Assembly (NCBI RefSeq): GCF_009914755.1
Contig: NC_060934.1
Length of the DNA: 64,000 bases
Strand: one strand, 5' to 3'
Origin: the human T2T-CHM13v2.0 reference genome, Homo sapiens
Part shown: positions 15,080 to 32,527 of the stretch, one piece after another
Layout of the letters: every line of letters starts with the position of its first letter
How positions within the stretch are numbered: position 1 is the first letter of the stretch
Made by a program: the position numbers and the translations under genes
Notes under the pieces: model-generated
Database searches by the model: none
What the model was told of the DNA's origin: nothing
The model's input: only the letters and a program-made list of their open reading frames with translations

Positions 15080-16256
15080 ATCAAGTCAAAAGCCTGGGGA
15101 GGAGAGGGGGCATCCTGGATTCCTCTGTTCCTTTGCTCCCTGAATCCAGTCAATCATCACATCTGATTAATTCCACCACCAGACAGCTCTCAACTGCATA
15201 CACTACTCTCTCTTCTCTGACACCACCCACATCAGAGCTCCTACCACCTTTTGTGAGGGCTCCTAAAATAGACTCCTAACTGGTCTCTCCATTCTACACT
15301 TACCGCCCAGTCCTTTCTCCACCTAACATCTAAAGTGGAATTGCAAAATAGAAATCAGATCATCATGTCTGTCCCTTCCCTGTTTCAGTCACTTAAATGG
15401 TTTGTGTGTTTGTCTTATATACAATGCTGTGGCCATACCAGCCACCACCTTTTGGTCTCTGGAATGTACCAAGCTGTTTGGCATGTACCGAGACTGTATT
15501 CATTTCCTATCTTACAGTTCTCTAGGTCGGAAGCCCACATGGGTCTCACAGGGCTAAAGCCTCAGTGTCTGCTGGGATGCATTCCTTTCTGGAGGCTGTG
15601 GGAGAGAATGTGTTTCCTTGCCTTCCAAACTTCTAGAAGCTGCCTACATTCCAGTGTACAGCCCATCTTTAAATGTGGCATCTTTCTGACCCTTCTGTTG
15701 GTATATCATTCTCTGGCTGCAGTTGGGAAAGCTTCTCTCCTTTTAATGTTTCGTGTGACTAGATTGGGGCCCCCTGATAATCCAGGCTATCAACCCATCT
15801 CGAGGACCATAACCATAATCTGCAAAGTTCCTTTTGCTATGTTGGGTAAGATATTCACAGGCTCCAGGGATTCAGGTGTGAACATCTGTGGGCGGAGTGT
15901 GGTGTGGGGGAGGGGCATTTTTCTGCAGACCACAGGCCCTTTGCACATGTTGTTTGCTTTACCTAAAGTGCTCTTCCACCCACTTCTCATCAGCCTAACT
16001 CCTTTAGGCCAAACTTTGGGTCCTCAGAGAGACCTCAGTAAAAATCTACTTTAAATTAGACCCTCTGGTTACTATGGCTCCTGTTTCTTTCCCTCGTAGC
16101 ACTTTCAGCAGTCTGTAATTAGATATATTTGTGTAATTACTACTTGATCATTTTTCCCATTGGAGTGAAAACTCTGTAAGAACAGGAACTGTACTGATTT
16201 TGCTATTTGCCCATGACATTAGCAGTCATGTGGTGGCTGCTCCGTGAATGAATGAC
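15080..16256 (+). mobile_element. L2 3' portion interrupted by an MLT1 LTR
   Basis: ctcctaactggtctctcc...; ggccctttgcacatgttgtt; ends gtgaatgaatga. Confidence 0.65.
15495..15934 (-). mobile_element. MLT1 (MLT1C/D/E-like) MaLR LTR
   Basis: tcttacagttct...gggtctcacagggctaaa...cctttctggaggct...gattggggccccctgataatccagg...atattcacaggctccagggatt...cagaccaca. Confidence 0.8.
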
Positions 16257-19200
16257 TGCAGTGAAATTGGCTCGGAACTTTAAGCTCAGCCCTGTCTCCT
16301 TCAGGACCAACCCTTACCTGAGGCAAGAGAGATTTAAGGGGTTCCAACCTGGATTTCTGGAATCTAGTATCTAGCCTCCCTTGCTGCAACTGCATCCCTG
16401 CCTTGGGCCCCTGTCATGATCCTGAGTACCTGCTCTGATGCTCTGGGCCCAAGGCCCTGTGTTCATCATCTGCGCCTTCTTTTCTCTTGTCCAAGGATCC
16501 CTGGATTCAGGTCTACTACTCTTGAGCCCCTGCTGGGGAGGCAGCACCTTTCTTTTGCAGCGCTTCTTGGAATTGTTAATTACACATGTTATCATCTGCC
16601 TCCCTTAGTAAGCGGTACACAACAGAAGGAGAGTGTTTGCTTTTCTCCTGTTCACTGTTGGGACTGCAGGACCCCAGCCAGTATCTGCTCCCCTCCCCCA
16701 GACACCCTACACCCGCTGATGAATAAATGGATGCCTGCATTCTTCTATATCCTTTCTAGACCTTCCAGGCTTGCCCATGCATCACTGCCATCCTCCGTGT
16801 GGGAGCACCCTGGTGCCGACTACTCTGCCGACTGACTACAGACCCTCCAAGGCCATGTCTACACTTCTTGTTTCCAACATAGCCCTTGCACCTCTATGCC
16901 ATGCTGCAGGAATTTTATCTTTAGTGCCAGTTCTAGGATTAATGCCAATCAGAAATAAGCACCACTTCAGAGAGAATATAGAATTTAGCCAAATAATATT
17001 TATTGAGCACTTACTCTACACAAAAATCAGAGTTGCACAAAAGTGAGCAACCACAGAAACTATCCTCAAGAATCCCACAAAATTGCAAAGGAACAAATAA
17101 TTATCCTGGAATAATAAGCATCCCAATTCCACTGCTACAGCTATGAGAGTGGGATGCAGTGGGAGGAAAAGACAGGGGCTTCTCCAGTTGTCGCTGCCAC
17201 CAGACCATCCTAGTAACAGAAAAACTCATCTATAGGCTGCCCTAACCCTGGCTTAAGAGGAGGGGAGGCAGTGTAGCCTCATGGAAAAGGTTTAGGTGAA
17301 AGCAAGAAATGTTAATAAGATTTTACTTCTCATTTAAATGTAATTAATGTCTGATTCCAGCCAGACAGAAGCTCAGACTCAAATGTTGAAAAGACTTTGG
17401 AAATCGTAAGGTCTTCTCCACATAAGCACACATCTCTCCGGTGAGGATATCCCTGTCTAACTTCCTGCAGAAGGCCTGCAGGAGGAATGAAGGTGGTGTC
17501 CACAGTGAGTCTGGAGCAGGGGCAGAGCTGGCCAACTAAGAGGGAGGGCTCAGTTCTCACGGGGCCATGCCTCTCAGAGTCTCTTTCTCAGATGCCAAAG
17601 TGCTCAGTTGGGAAAACTGCAAAACAGTAGTAAAAAGATTTTCGAGTTGGAAATATGCAGCCCTGGAATTAATTGATAGGAAGCAGCCAGGTTGTGAAGT
17701 TCCATCATTTGCCACTGAGATGGGGAGATCCTGGGGCAGGTGAAGGACTGGCAAGCAGGTGACATCTCAGCCACCCACCAGTCTTGCTTGATCATGGAAT
17801 CTCATCTGAGAGCTGAGGGGAAGATGTTTGTGGATCTCAAGACATTTCTCCAACATATTTGCAAGTTGACATTAGTTCTTTACTCCAGGCCTTGGTTATG
17901 GCTGACACAGAGTTTTACTAACGCAAAGTGATCTGCCAAACTATTTTGGCTGTGTTTTGCTGGAAGCCAGAGAGAAGACAAAGAACTCTATAAAAAATAA
18001 CAAGCAAAGCAGAATGCCCTGCCTGTCTCCCTGAGGTGACACCAGCTATTTTCCCATGAAAATAAAGAGAGCAAGGAATAATTAAGAGAAGGGGTGAAGG
18101 TGGGGGAGGGAACAAGAGAAACCCATCTGTAAACACAGGAGGGTTTTTGATGACTTTTAAATAGCAAAAGAACAATTATATGATTTTGCAGTGATTCAAA
18201 TTTTTTGAAAATTGAGAGAAATTAAAAGAGAATTAATGCTGTTGCTTTTGTTTTCTACCCAGCATCTTGAAATGTTATGTGAGCATCAAAATAAGTTTTA
18301 AGAACTGCCTCTCTATTCTCTGATGTGAAGGGGGCTCTGTGGGGCTTCTATGGTAATCCGGGTAAGCAAAGAGTGGATTAAGGCAGTAATTTTCAGTAGC
18401 TAAAAAAAAAACTACAAAGGCACAAGTGCTACCAATTATATCTCAACACAAACCAGTACCTCCTTAAGTTTCAACACAGAGAAGGCAAACAATTTCATTG
18501 TCAACCAGGGTGTTCTCGTAGAAAGCCTTGGAACATGCTGGGCGCATTAAAGGGGAGCTATCTCGCATGTGCAATTACTCAACACATCTTTAAAACTGTA
18601 AACACTTGTTCACATGTGGAGAAGTTTAGAGCCGTACAGGCTTGGAAAACCCACCTGGCAGGCAGGTTCCCTCCGCTTCTCTCCAGTTTAGTAACCATCC
18701 TCGGCGCCCACTCCTCCTCTGAGAGCCAAACACCATCAGCAGAGAAATCATTAAGGAGTGGGGGACGAGAGTTCATACATGAGCTATTTTTATCCAGAGC
18801 ACTCCCTTTTCTCCTGTCTGGGTTGATCTCCTCCATAAACCTTGCCTCCATCTTTCTCCCCGCCACCTGGTGCAGGGAGAAATGCCATCTGGCTTTTGGC
18901 TAGCAGCTTTCTCCAGCTTTGAAGGGTGAGTGGCACTGAGGATGCAGATATTTCCAAATAAACCCAGCAGAGGAAGATCGCCCAGGGTTGGTTTTTGAAA
19001 CAGCAGACTGCGTGACCACAAAGAGAATACCCACCATGCACAGAAAAAATAATCTCTCCAAATGTGTTCAAGAAAAGAATGTAGAGAGCCCAAAGACCCC
19101 TGCCTATAAATATGGGAGTCAAATGGAAAGAAAGCAAGGTTTATTCTCCCCCATTGGCCTGGCTCACTGAGAACTGCACTCATATATATGTATGCATCAC

Positions 19201-20009
19201 ATGTCATACATGGAAAAGACCCATGAGATCATGTTGCTCAACTTGCTGCCAACAGGAGGGCATGGCTGTTTCTCCTTTCCCAGGGCTGATGTTACAATGT
19301 CTCCAGCAAGGAACTGATTGTTTTACTTTGCTGGTTTAATTGGCCATTGTGAGGTCACTGGGGAGAGAGCAAAGCCAATTCCCTGGCCTCTCAGATCCAC
19401 ACACATCCTGGGCTCTGGAGAGACATTCGAAGGAGAAGTGCTCTAAATTCAAAGGGAAATACGACGCCCAGCCACGGAAAATGGCAATAAATCCATAAGA
19501 AATTAAAATTTTACTTGAAGTGGAAATTTTATCATCACCAAATTCTGCCAAATTTTGGATTTGGGGATTGGTAAAGAGGTTTCCAAAATGAAATGCTGTC
19601 TAAAGGTTGTTTGTTTTAAAGGACATAATACATAGTAAAAATGAAATAATCATCCCACCCAAATAAGAGTTATTTCTTTCCCAACAGACCTTTTCCAGGC
19701 TCAGTAATTTCACTGTTAATAGCAGAGAAAAAGCAATCAGCTAGGTAATGGGTACCACTAGCACTGAAGTCATTTAATTAGCACCAGTAAATGAGAGCTG
19801 CCCAGGTGCTCAGATGTAATTAGCTGTGCCCAAAACATCTCCTACATTGGCCAGCAACTACAGTCAAGGACAGGGAGCTATGCGCCATTGGAGAAGAATC
19901 TTCCCAAGCTGAGGACATGACCAGGCCCGTGGTCCAACCCTTCAACAGGCTGAGCAATGCCACAGTCCCCAAATCTTGAGGAAGGCCTCACTCTTGAAGA
20001 GGAAGCAAA

Positions 20010-20245
20010 GAAATGAGTTATGGGCTCTGAGGCCATGTTGCCTAGGTTTGAATCCTAGCTATATGCTTTGACAAGTTATTAAGATCTTTCTGTTTCAGTT
20101 TTCTCACCTGCAGAAGGGGGATAACAATAAAATCTACCTGAGGTTCAACAGTTAATATGTGTAATGTGCTTAAAAGGCTAAAGAGTTAATGTGTATAATG
20201 TGCTTAGAAGACTGGCACATGGTAAGCCTTCTCTAAGTGTTGGTC
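20010..20245 (+). mobile_element. MIR SINE
   Basis: ggtttgaatcctagct...tctgtttcagttttctcacctgcagaagggggataac...ggcacatggtaagc. Confidence 0.75.
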
Positions 20246-20438
20246 AGAATAAGAATAACTCTATTACTTTTGATTATTTTTACACCATTAATCAATCGTG
20301 GTTGCTTACAATCACCCAGCCATAAATGGTAGAATCAGCAGAGTAGTAACAGTAGAAGCACTAATATAATAATGATGATAACAGTGGCTTCTACTTAGTA
20401 CCTAGCATGTGCCAGATTTTGATCCAGATGCTCTACAT

Positions 20439-20636
20439 CAGGAGTACAACCCATAAACCGAATCCAGCCTGCTACCTATTTTATAAATAAAGTTTTTTTG
20501 AAACACAACCATGCCCATTTATTTACATATTGTCTATGACTTCTTTTGGCAACAATAGAATTGAGTAGTTGTGACAGAAACCAGACAGATTGCAAGGCCT
20601 ATCTGGCCTTTCATAGAAAATATTTGCCAACCCCTG
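20439..20636 (+). mobile_element. MER58A (hAT-Charlie) with 8-bp target-site duplication
   Basis: cagg...ataaataaagttttt...catgcccattatttacatattgtctatg...tttgccaacccctg; flanks ctctacat (20431-20438) and ctccacat (20637-20644). Confidence 0.85.
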
Positions 20637-22261
20637 CTCCACATAGCCTCAATTAATTATTGCAATAACTTCTGAGGTTGTATTTGTTTCCTGTATTCAG
20701 ATAAGAAGACCAGAACTCAAAGAAGGACAAGGATATGCCTAAAATCTCTCTGATGGGAGCTAGGCACCATTTGACTCCAACACCCACCCCTTCCGGCCAT
20801 GTTCCACTGGCTCCAGGAGCCCAAAGCATGTTCCCCGTGCCATTCCCATCACTGTCCACGGCAGTGGGAGATGAGCTGGGTACAGTCAGGCAGGTGCCAC
20901 TGCTGAAGGTGCTCTGCTCTCCATGGAGGGAATGACCATCTGCAAAGCCAAGTCCTTCTGGCAATGACCCACTGAGTGAAACACTCTTCCCCTGACATAC
21001 ACGTTGGTTTATTCATATTCCCTGCTGTGGCTGCCTTGTGTGAGGCAGGATGTTGGCAGATGCAGGTGCCCTGCCAGGCCTGTCCCCTGGCTTAGCTGGG
21101 GGCAGTTTCAGAGCTATGACAAGCAATGGGCATTGAGGTACTCCTCAGAGACTGGTTGGTAATACTGGTTTACCAAATGATGGGGTAATTACCTAGAGAT
21201 CTGTACAATTTCAAGTTTGTTCAGATAGTCAAGATTATTGCTACCACATGTGTTGGATGCTAAGAAACATTCTCCTTGTTGAAAAAGTGACCCATATTTT
21301 AAAGTCTTTGAAGATAAAAGGATTGTCTTAACTTATCTTAGATGGTTGCCCATTTAAGGGTTACCCAGCAGTCACAGGTTACAAGTACAGTGGGAAGGGC
21401 CTCAAATGCTGGGTCTGGACGTAGAAACATTGCCTTTCGATAGCGGTGTGGACATGGGGAAGCCACTCCCGTTCTCTTCAACAGTTAATGATCCAGATGA
21501 TTCTGAAATCTCCATGCTCTAAAGTTGTGTTCCACTGTCTGCAAGAAGTCCATTCTAGACAATGTGACAATGTAGCGTGTGGCCTTTGAAGTTATACCAT
21601 CCAAGCTCACATACTTGCTCTACTGCATGATCTTGGCTTCGGTAGTTAACTGGTCTGTAACTCTTTCTCTTCACTTGTAAAACAATGAGAATTGTGGTAC
21701 CCGCCTCTGCTATTTTAATCCTACTTTGGGTATTTGAAAAGAAAACCCAGGTAACACACTTAACTCAATTTCTGGTCCATGATGACTATTCATGCATCAT
21801 GCATGCACAAATCATTACTTTTATCATGGCAAACAATATTTTCCCATTTGGGATAATCTCTGAGAAATCAGTTTATAAAGAAGTCAACTGCAAACCCATC
21901 TAGTCAGAGTCAAGTACACAAAAGCCCCTGGCCCTGATGCAGAAATCTTTCTGCACCATCTGGTTTTAACATACATAACTTGAATTGGGAAGTTCTCCTT
22001 GCTGAAAATTCTGGGGCTCCTGGAAGAAAGGGATGAAAGGTTTATATCGTCTTTGTATTTTTCTCATCTCTGACTTTGTTTCTGCTATCCAAGCTCTATG
22101 ACCTGCCAGTTGGTGTCTATAAGCTTCTGGCCAGTCCCAATTTGAGGAGTTGATCTTGGAGTCCTCAAAGGCAGAAGTTCTCAGATGCACAAAGTATAGG
22201 CACATGTGGGTTCAGGTGTGCTCTTCTCACTGCCTAGAACAACTCCTCCTCTCCTGTCTTT

Positions 22262-22835
22262 CCATTTAACTCCTTCAACAGATGCCAACTGAGCACCTGC
22301 TACATTCCATGGTCTGCTCTAGTAAACAGGGTAATCTCCATTTCACATGGAGCTCACATTCTATAAGAGGTGTAAGGATGGTATATGAAAAAAAGACAAA
22401 AGATAAATACTCTATGTGTCAGTAAGTGACGCAAAGAAAAATTAAACACTGAGAACAGAGATAGTGAGAAGGGTATCTTTTTATTTAAGGCACTTGGGGA
22501 AGGCTTCTCTGCTCAGCAGAGATTAGAAAAATCCCAAAAGAAGTGGGAATGTGAGCCTAGCAAATATCTGGGGGAAGAATTCTAGGCAATCACATTAACA
22601 AAGGTCCTGAGGTAGAGGTGTACTTGGGAATTGGAGAAACATTGAGGATCAGTGTAGAGCACAGAGGAGGTAAGGAGAAGAGAAGGAGGGGATGAGGTCA
22701 GAGAGCTGATGGGGAACCCTTCAAAGTAGGGCCTTTGAAGACATGGTGAGGACTTGGGTGTTGTGTTTTGAGGGCAAGGAGAAGCCTCCAGAGGCCACTG
22801 GGCAAAGGAGTGGCAGAAGGCCCTGGAAGTTGAGC
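22262..22835 (-). mobile_element. L2 fragment
   Basis: actgagcacctgctac...tggagctcacattcta...ggaaggcttctctg...ggatgaggtcagagag...ggtgaggacttggg. Confidence 0.7.
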
Positions 22836-23062
22836 ACAAAGATTCTAACATACAGCTGGAATTCAAAACCTACTCCTGCCATCACTAGCAGCTCAAACCT
22901 ATGAGCCACACCCATCTATAGTGGTTTTAGGATTTTCCATTTTAGATAACCTGGCTTCTACCACTTCACAATAACTCACAAGCTAACCCTGTTTGCTTCT
23001 TTCAATACCCACTCCCACCGGAAAACTTTGTCTTTTTCAAGGTAAAGTGCCATATTCAGTGT

Positions 23063-27732
<4,670 letters not shown>

Positions 27733-27734
27733 TA

Positions 27735-27922
27735 CCCTGCTTTGGGCTCCTCATCGCCCTTGATTTCTTCTTTCTTAGCAGTCATCAGCAATTTTTTTTT
27801 TTTTTTTGCTGCATTTCTTGCTAGAGTATAAGCTCCATGGGGAAGAAACCATGCCTTATTTGCCCTTTATTCCCAGAGTACATAGTAAGTGCTCAATACA
27901 TATTTCCTAAAATAAATGAACA
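27735..27922 (+). mobile_element. L2 3' end
   Basis: ctagagtataagctccatg...catagtaagtgctcaataca...aaataaatgaa. Confidence 0.65.
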
Positions 27923-29929
27923 AGTAAATGTAGAAGTGCCACCTCTCTTTACAGAGCAGCTTCCACCCCCTCCACACCCCTACACCACCAATTGCTATGT
28001 TCGCTCAATGGGCTGGACCACCAACTAATCTAGGATCAAGACCAGGGGCAGGGGAAGAAACATGGCTAGAGCCAGTGTTCCTCAGCAGGGTTGCTACCAG
28101 TGTTTTGGATGAAATTCTTATTTTAGGAACTTGACATCCTAGACCCCAAATAGTAATGCTTGACTCACTCCTAGTCCCTGTGAGAACCACAGTTCTAGCA
28201 TCTTACAATGGAGCCACTCTGATCTCTGTTGAAAATGCCCCACAGTCTGAAAGAGACACATGCTAACCACTAACAAAGCACAGGTGTTTGCATGTTACAC
28301 AAATCCTGCAGTTTTTACTAATAAATGTATTCAGAAAGGTAGGGTAAAATTGCTTATAATAATAAAAATTCTTGTTTCTAGATTTTCCCAAGACTGTCTT
28401 GAGGTTAGCATCCCAGGAATTCCTTCATTCCCAGGCAGGCCAGGATGATCAGCAAATCTAGGTGTCAATGTGACCTTTGAAGGATGCATGCTCTTTTCCG
28501 GAAGCTGTCCTGCAGGACTATTGAAAATAGGTCTCAGATAATTTTCCATTCTCAGTGTGGTAGAGAATCTCTGATCACACCCTTACCATTGCAGATTGGA
28601 AGATGGACTCTTAGAGAGGCATACGACTCTTCCCTGTTCACCCAGTAAAGTTTTTCCATGACAGCCATTTCCTGCTGGCAACATCAACATCCAAAGTAAA
28701 GTAAAAAGCAATGTATATGTTACTATATCCTTCAGTCTCTTCAGGAATTCATGCACTCCACTTATCTCTGACTGGCTCCTGGCTGTTTCTAGGAGTGAAT
28801 AGAGCATGGCAGAAGGCAGGAACTGCACAGGAGATAATAACGAGGCATCCTGTGATCTTCACCCCATGCCTTATTGGATCAACTGTGAAGCCATGAGTAC
28901 GACCAAATGATTCTGGAATAATAGGACATAAGCAAATGACTAAAATTTCAGGGGCTTTAGTTTCTCTCCAACTAAGAAATGAACTTAGCTGCTTGCCAAA
29001 TTGCATACTGAGATATTTAAGAAAGCAGGGGGAATTTAACAATTAAAACTATTTCCATCTTAATTTTTTAAAAGTAGGGATAAAGGGCTATAGACCCAAG
29101 TTCCAGGCTCCTTCCCTATCTGCCTATCGAGTTACCTTTAACTTGGCGATTACAAGGCAGACGGGAGTGCCTGGATGTGGCCACATGAAAAGCACCTTGG
29201 CGGTTATCTCACAGTCGGCCGCTCACAGAACAAGAAGGGTCTTTCATGCAGCGGTGCAGGGCCCAGGGAGCACAGAGATGCTCAGGGCACCTCAGTGTTC
29301 CAAAGCAAGTCTTCATATCGCAGCCACTCAGGTGGAAAGAAGGGCCTGCCCCGTGCTCCTCTGCTCACGTCTAGGGTCACAGATGAATAGAGCCTGATTG
29401 AGGAGCAAAGCAAGCCTCACAAGCAGCTCGATGATGTGCAGAGGAAGGTATTTTGTTCAAAGATAAGGTTGGAGTCGGGGAGGCTGTGGGGTTCCTGGGG
29501 CGGTCAGTTGATATCATCGGAGACAACACAGCATTGCTGAGAATGGCCAGCTCCCTCCTGGCCATGATGAAGCCGAGAGGACAGCGTGGCTTGTGTAGGT
29601 GCCAGTGGGAACTGTGTCTCCATCTGCTTCCAGGAGGCTTAACTTCCAAGAATAAATAATTGACTTTAAATTTCACCCCACACACTTGTTTGGTGGCCCC
29701 AAATAATTTTCCATTCCATAGAACCTCAAAACTACAAGCCATCATTTGTTGAGTACCTCTGCCAGACAGGGGCAAGGGCAGTAAGCACAATGGTTAAGAA
29801 CACAGGCTCTAGAAGGAGGCTCCAAATCCTGCACAGAGTAGGTGCTCAATGAACAATAACTACTGTGGCTATTATGGACAAACCAAAACAGTGATGGCCA
29901 CTGGTTGCAAATGCCCATCTGAAAAAAAG

Positions 29930-31750
29930 AACAAGCATGAACACAGGGTGTCTTTCCATTTATGTATACCCTCTTCAGTTTCTTTCATGAATGTGTTACG
30001 GTTTTCAGTGTACAAACCTTTCACCTTCTTGGTTAAATTTATTCCTAAATATTTTATTTTTTGATGCTTGCTATAGTTTAGATGTTTGCCTCTCCAAACC
30101 TCAAGTTGAAATTTTCTTGATTTCTTTTTCAGATACTTTGTTGCTAGGGTATAGAAATGCTACTGGTTTTTGCATGTTGATTTTATATCCTACAACTTTA
30201 CTGAATTTGCTTATTGCTTCTCAAAGCTTTTTGGTGGAGTTTTTAGGGTTTTCTATATATAAGATCATGTCATCTTCAAACAGAAACAATTTCACTTCTT
30301 TTTTTCCAATTTAAATGCCTTTTCTTTATATTGTCTAATTGCTATGATCAGGACTTCTAGTACTATGTTGAACAGCAATGGTGACAGTGAACATCCTTGT
30401 CTTGTTCCTGATCTTAGAGGCAAGCCTTCAGCTTTTTACTGCTGATGTAATATAAGCTGTGGGCTTGTTTTATATGTCCTTTATTATGTTGAGGTACATG
30501 TATCCTACACCTAATTAGTTGATAGTTTATATCATAAAAATCTGCTAGATTTTGTCAAATGGGTTTTCTGCATCTAATGAAGTGATCACATGATTTTTAT
30601 AATCTTTATTCTGTTAGTACAGTATATCAAATGTGTTGATTTCCATATTTCTATGGTTTGAATATTTGATCCCTCCAAAACTCATATTGGAACTTAATCC
30701 CCATTGTGGCTGTATTGAGAGGTGGAGCCTTTAATAGGTGATTGGGGAATGATGGTTCTGCCCTTATAAATGGATTAATTCATTCATGAATTAATGGATT
30801 AAACAGTTAATAGATTACTGGGAGTCATGGGAGTGGGACTGGTGGCTTTATAACAAGAGGAAGATAGCTGAATGAGCATGCTCAGCTTCCTCACCATGTG
30901 ATACCATATGCTTCCTTGAGACTCTGCAGTGAGTCCCCAACAGCAAGAAGGCCCTCACCAGGTGTGGCTCCTTGACCTTAGACTTTTCAGCCTCCATAAC
31001 TGTAAGAAATAAATTCATTTTCTTTATAAATTACCCAGTTTCAGGATTTCTATTGCAAACAATAGAAAATAGAATAAGACATATATCTTGAACCATCCTT
31101 GTATCCCAAGGATAAATCCCACTTCATTATTGTGTATGATCCTTTTAACATGCCACTGAATTGCTAGTATTTTGTTGAGGATGATTGCATCTATGTTCAT
31201 CAAGGATATTGGCCTGTGATTTTTTTCTTTTCTAGTGTCCTTGTCTGGCTGTAGTATCTAGATAATGTTGACTTTGTAAAATAAGTTTGAATGTGTTCTT
31301 TCCCTTCTTTTCTTTTTTTCTCTCTCTTTTTTTTTTTTTTTTTTTTGTTGTTGTTGTTGTTTAAGAGTTTGAGAAGGACTATCATTAATTCTTCCTCAAA
31401 TGTTGTAGAATTCACCAGTGAAGCCACCAGGGCCTGAGCTTTTTGTTAGGAGATATTTTATTACTGAGTCAATCCTTATCCACTATTGATCTGTTTCAAT
31501 TTTCTATTTCTTCATGATTTAGTCTTGGTAGGCTGTGTGTTTCTAAGAATTTACCCACTTCTTCTAGGTTATCCAATTTGTTGGCATATAATTGTTCATG
31601 ATCCTTTGTATTTTTGTGATATCAGTTATTATGCTCTCTCTTCCACTTACAATTTATGAGTCTTCTTTTGTCTTCGTTAGTCTAGGTAAAGTTTTGTCAA
31701 TTTTGTCTATCTTAAAAATCCAATTCCTAATTTTATTGATCTTTTCTATT
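29930..31750 (-). mobile_element. L1 (L1MA/PB-like) ORF2 fragment with nested MST LTR
   Basis: Antisense ORF2 text (ggttaaatttattcctaaatatttta, aggacttctagtactatgttgaa, agaattcaccagtgaagcca). Confidence 0.88.
30649..31081 (+). mobile_element. MST (MSTB-like) solo LTR
   Basis: ctatggtttgaatatttgatccctccaaaactcat...aaatggattaattcattcatgaattaatgg...aagaaataaattc...taagaca; approximate 5-bp TSD catat/tatat. Confidence 0.88.
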
Positions 31751-32044
31751 CAGACACTTTGATTCTTCTCAAGCCATTAGAGATGTAGCCTTCCTTAAAT
31801 CCCAAGTTGTTAGCAGGGCCTGAAAGGTCTCAAAGGATCAGGTCCTACCTGCTTTCATCCCTCCCCATTCTCCCCTTGTTTACTCTGTTCCAGCCAAAAT
31901 TGCCTCCTTGTTATTCCTGTCACTAGGAGCACACTCCCATTTCCTGTCCCCTCTGCGGGGAACACTTCTCCCCATGATACATGCATGGCTCACATTCTCA
32001 CTTCACTCAAGTCTCTGCTCAAATGTCACCTCATCAAAGAGAAT

Positions 32045-32527
32045 AGTATCAGTTTCCTTAATTCTAGATGCTGCGACAGAAATTGTAGTCAACTAATGTA
32101 ATAAATAACATCTAGAAGTGCTTACTTTAGTTAAGAAATTGGTACTAGAATTGGGATGATGTTATTTGTTTAGCAGTAAAACGTGATAAAAGTTTATTTC
32201 TCATTTATGCAAAATTCAGTGAGGCTTGGAAAGCTCTTCTGTTCATATCTCTTCCAGGTGGTGACTCAGGGATCCAAACTGTCCCATCCTGGATTTGCAT
32301 CACTCAATGTCACTTCAAAAGCGGGCAGGGGAAGAGTCTGGGAGATTGCACGGGATGTTTCTAAAGACCACCCCTGAAAGTGCCTTACATCACTTCATCT
32401 ACATTTCTTTGAACACAGTCACAGAGATAGAAGCTCACTGCCAGGAATGCTGGGAAATGTAGGCTTCCACTGTACCTGGGGAAAGTAAAGCCTATAGCAA
32501 ACACACAGCAGCTTTGACTCTGCCACA
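32045..32527 (-). mobile_element. Old MLT1 (J/K-like) LTR
   Basis: aaagtttatttctc, gtgactcagggatcca, catcacttcatctacatt, ctgggaaatgtag, tctgccaca. Confidence 0.6.

Noticed and set aside
15335-16054. 239-aa ORF (longest in the track)
   Set aside because: Runs across L2 and antisense MLT1 sequence, starts at a non-ATG codon and has no recognisable domain; chance ORF.
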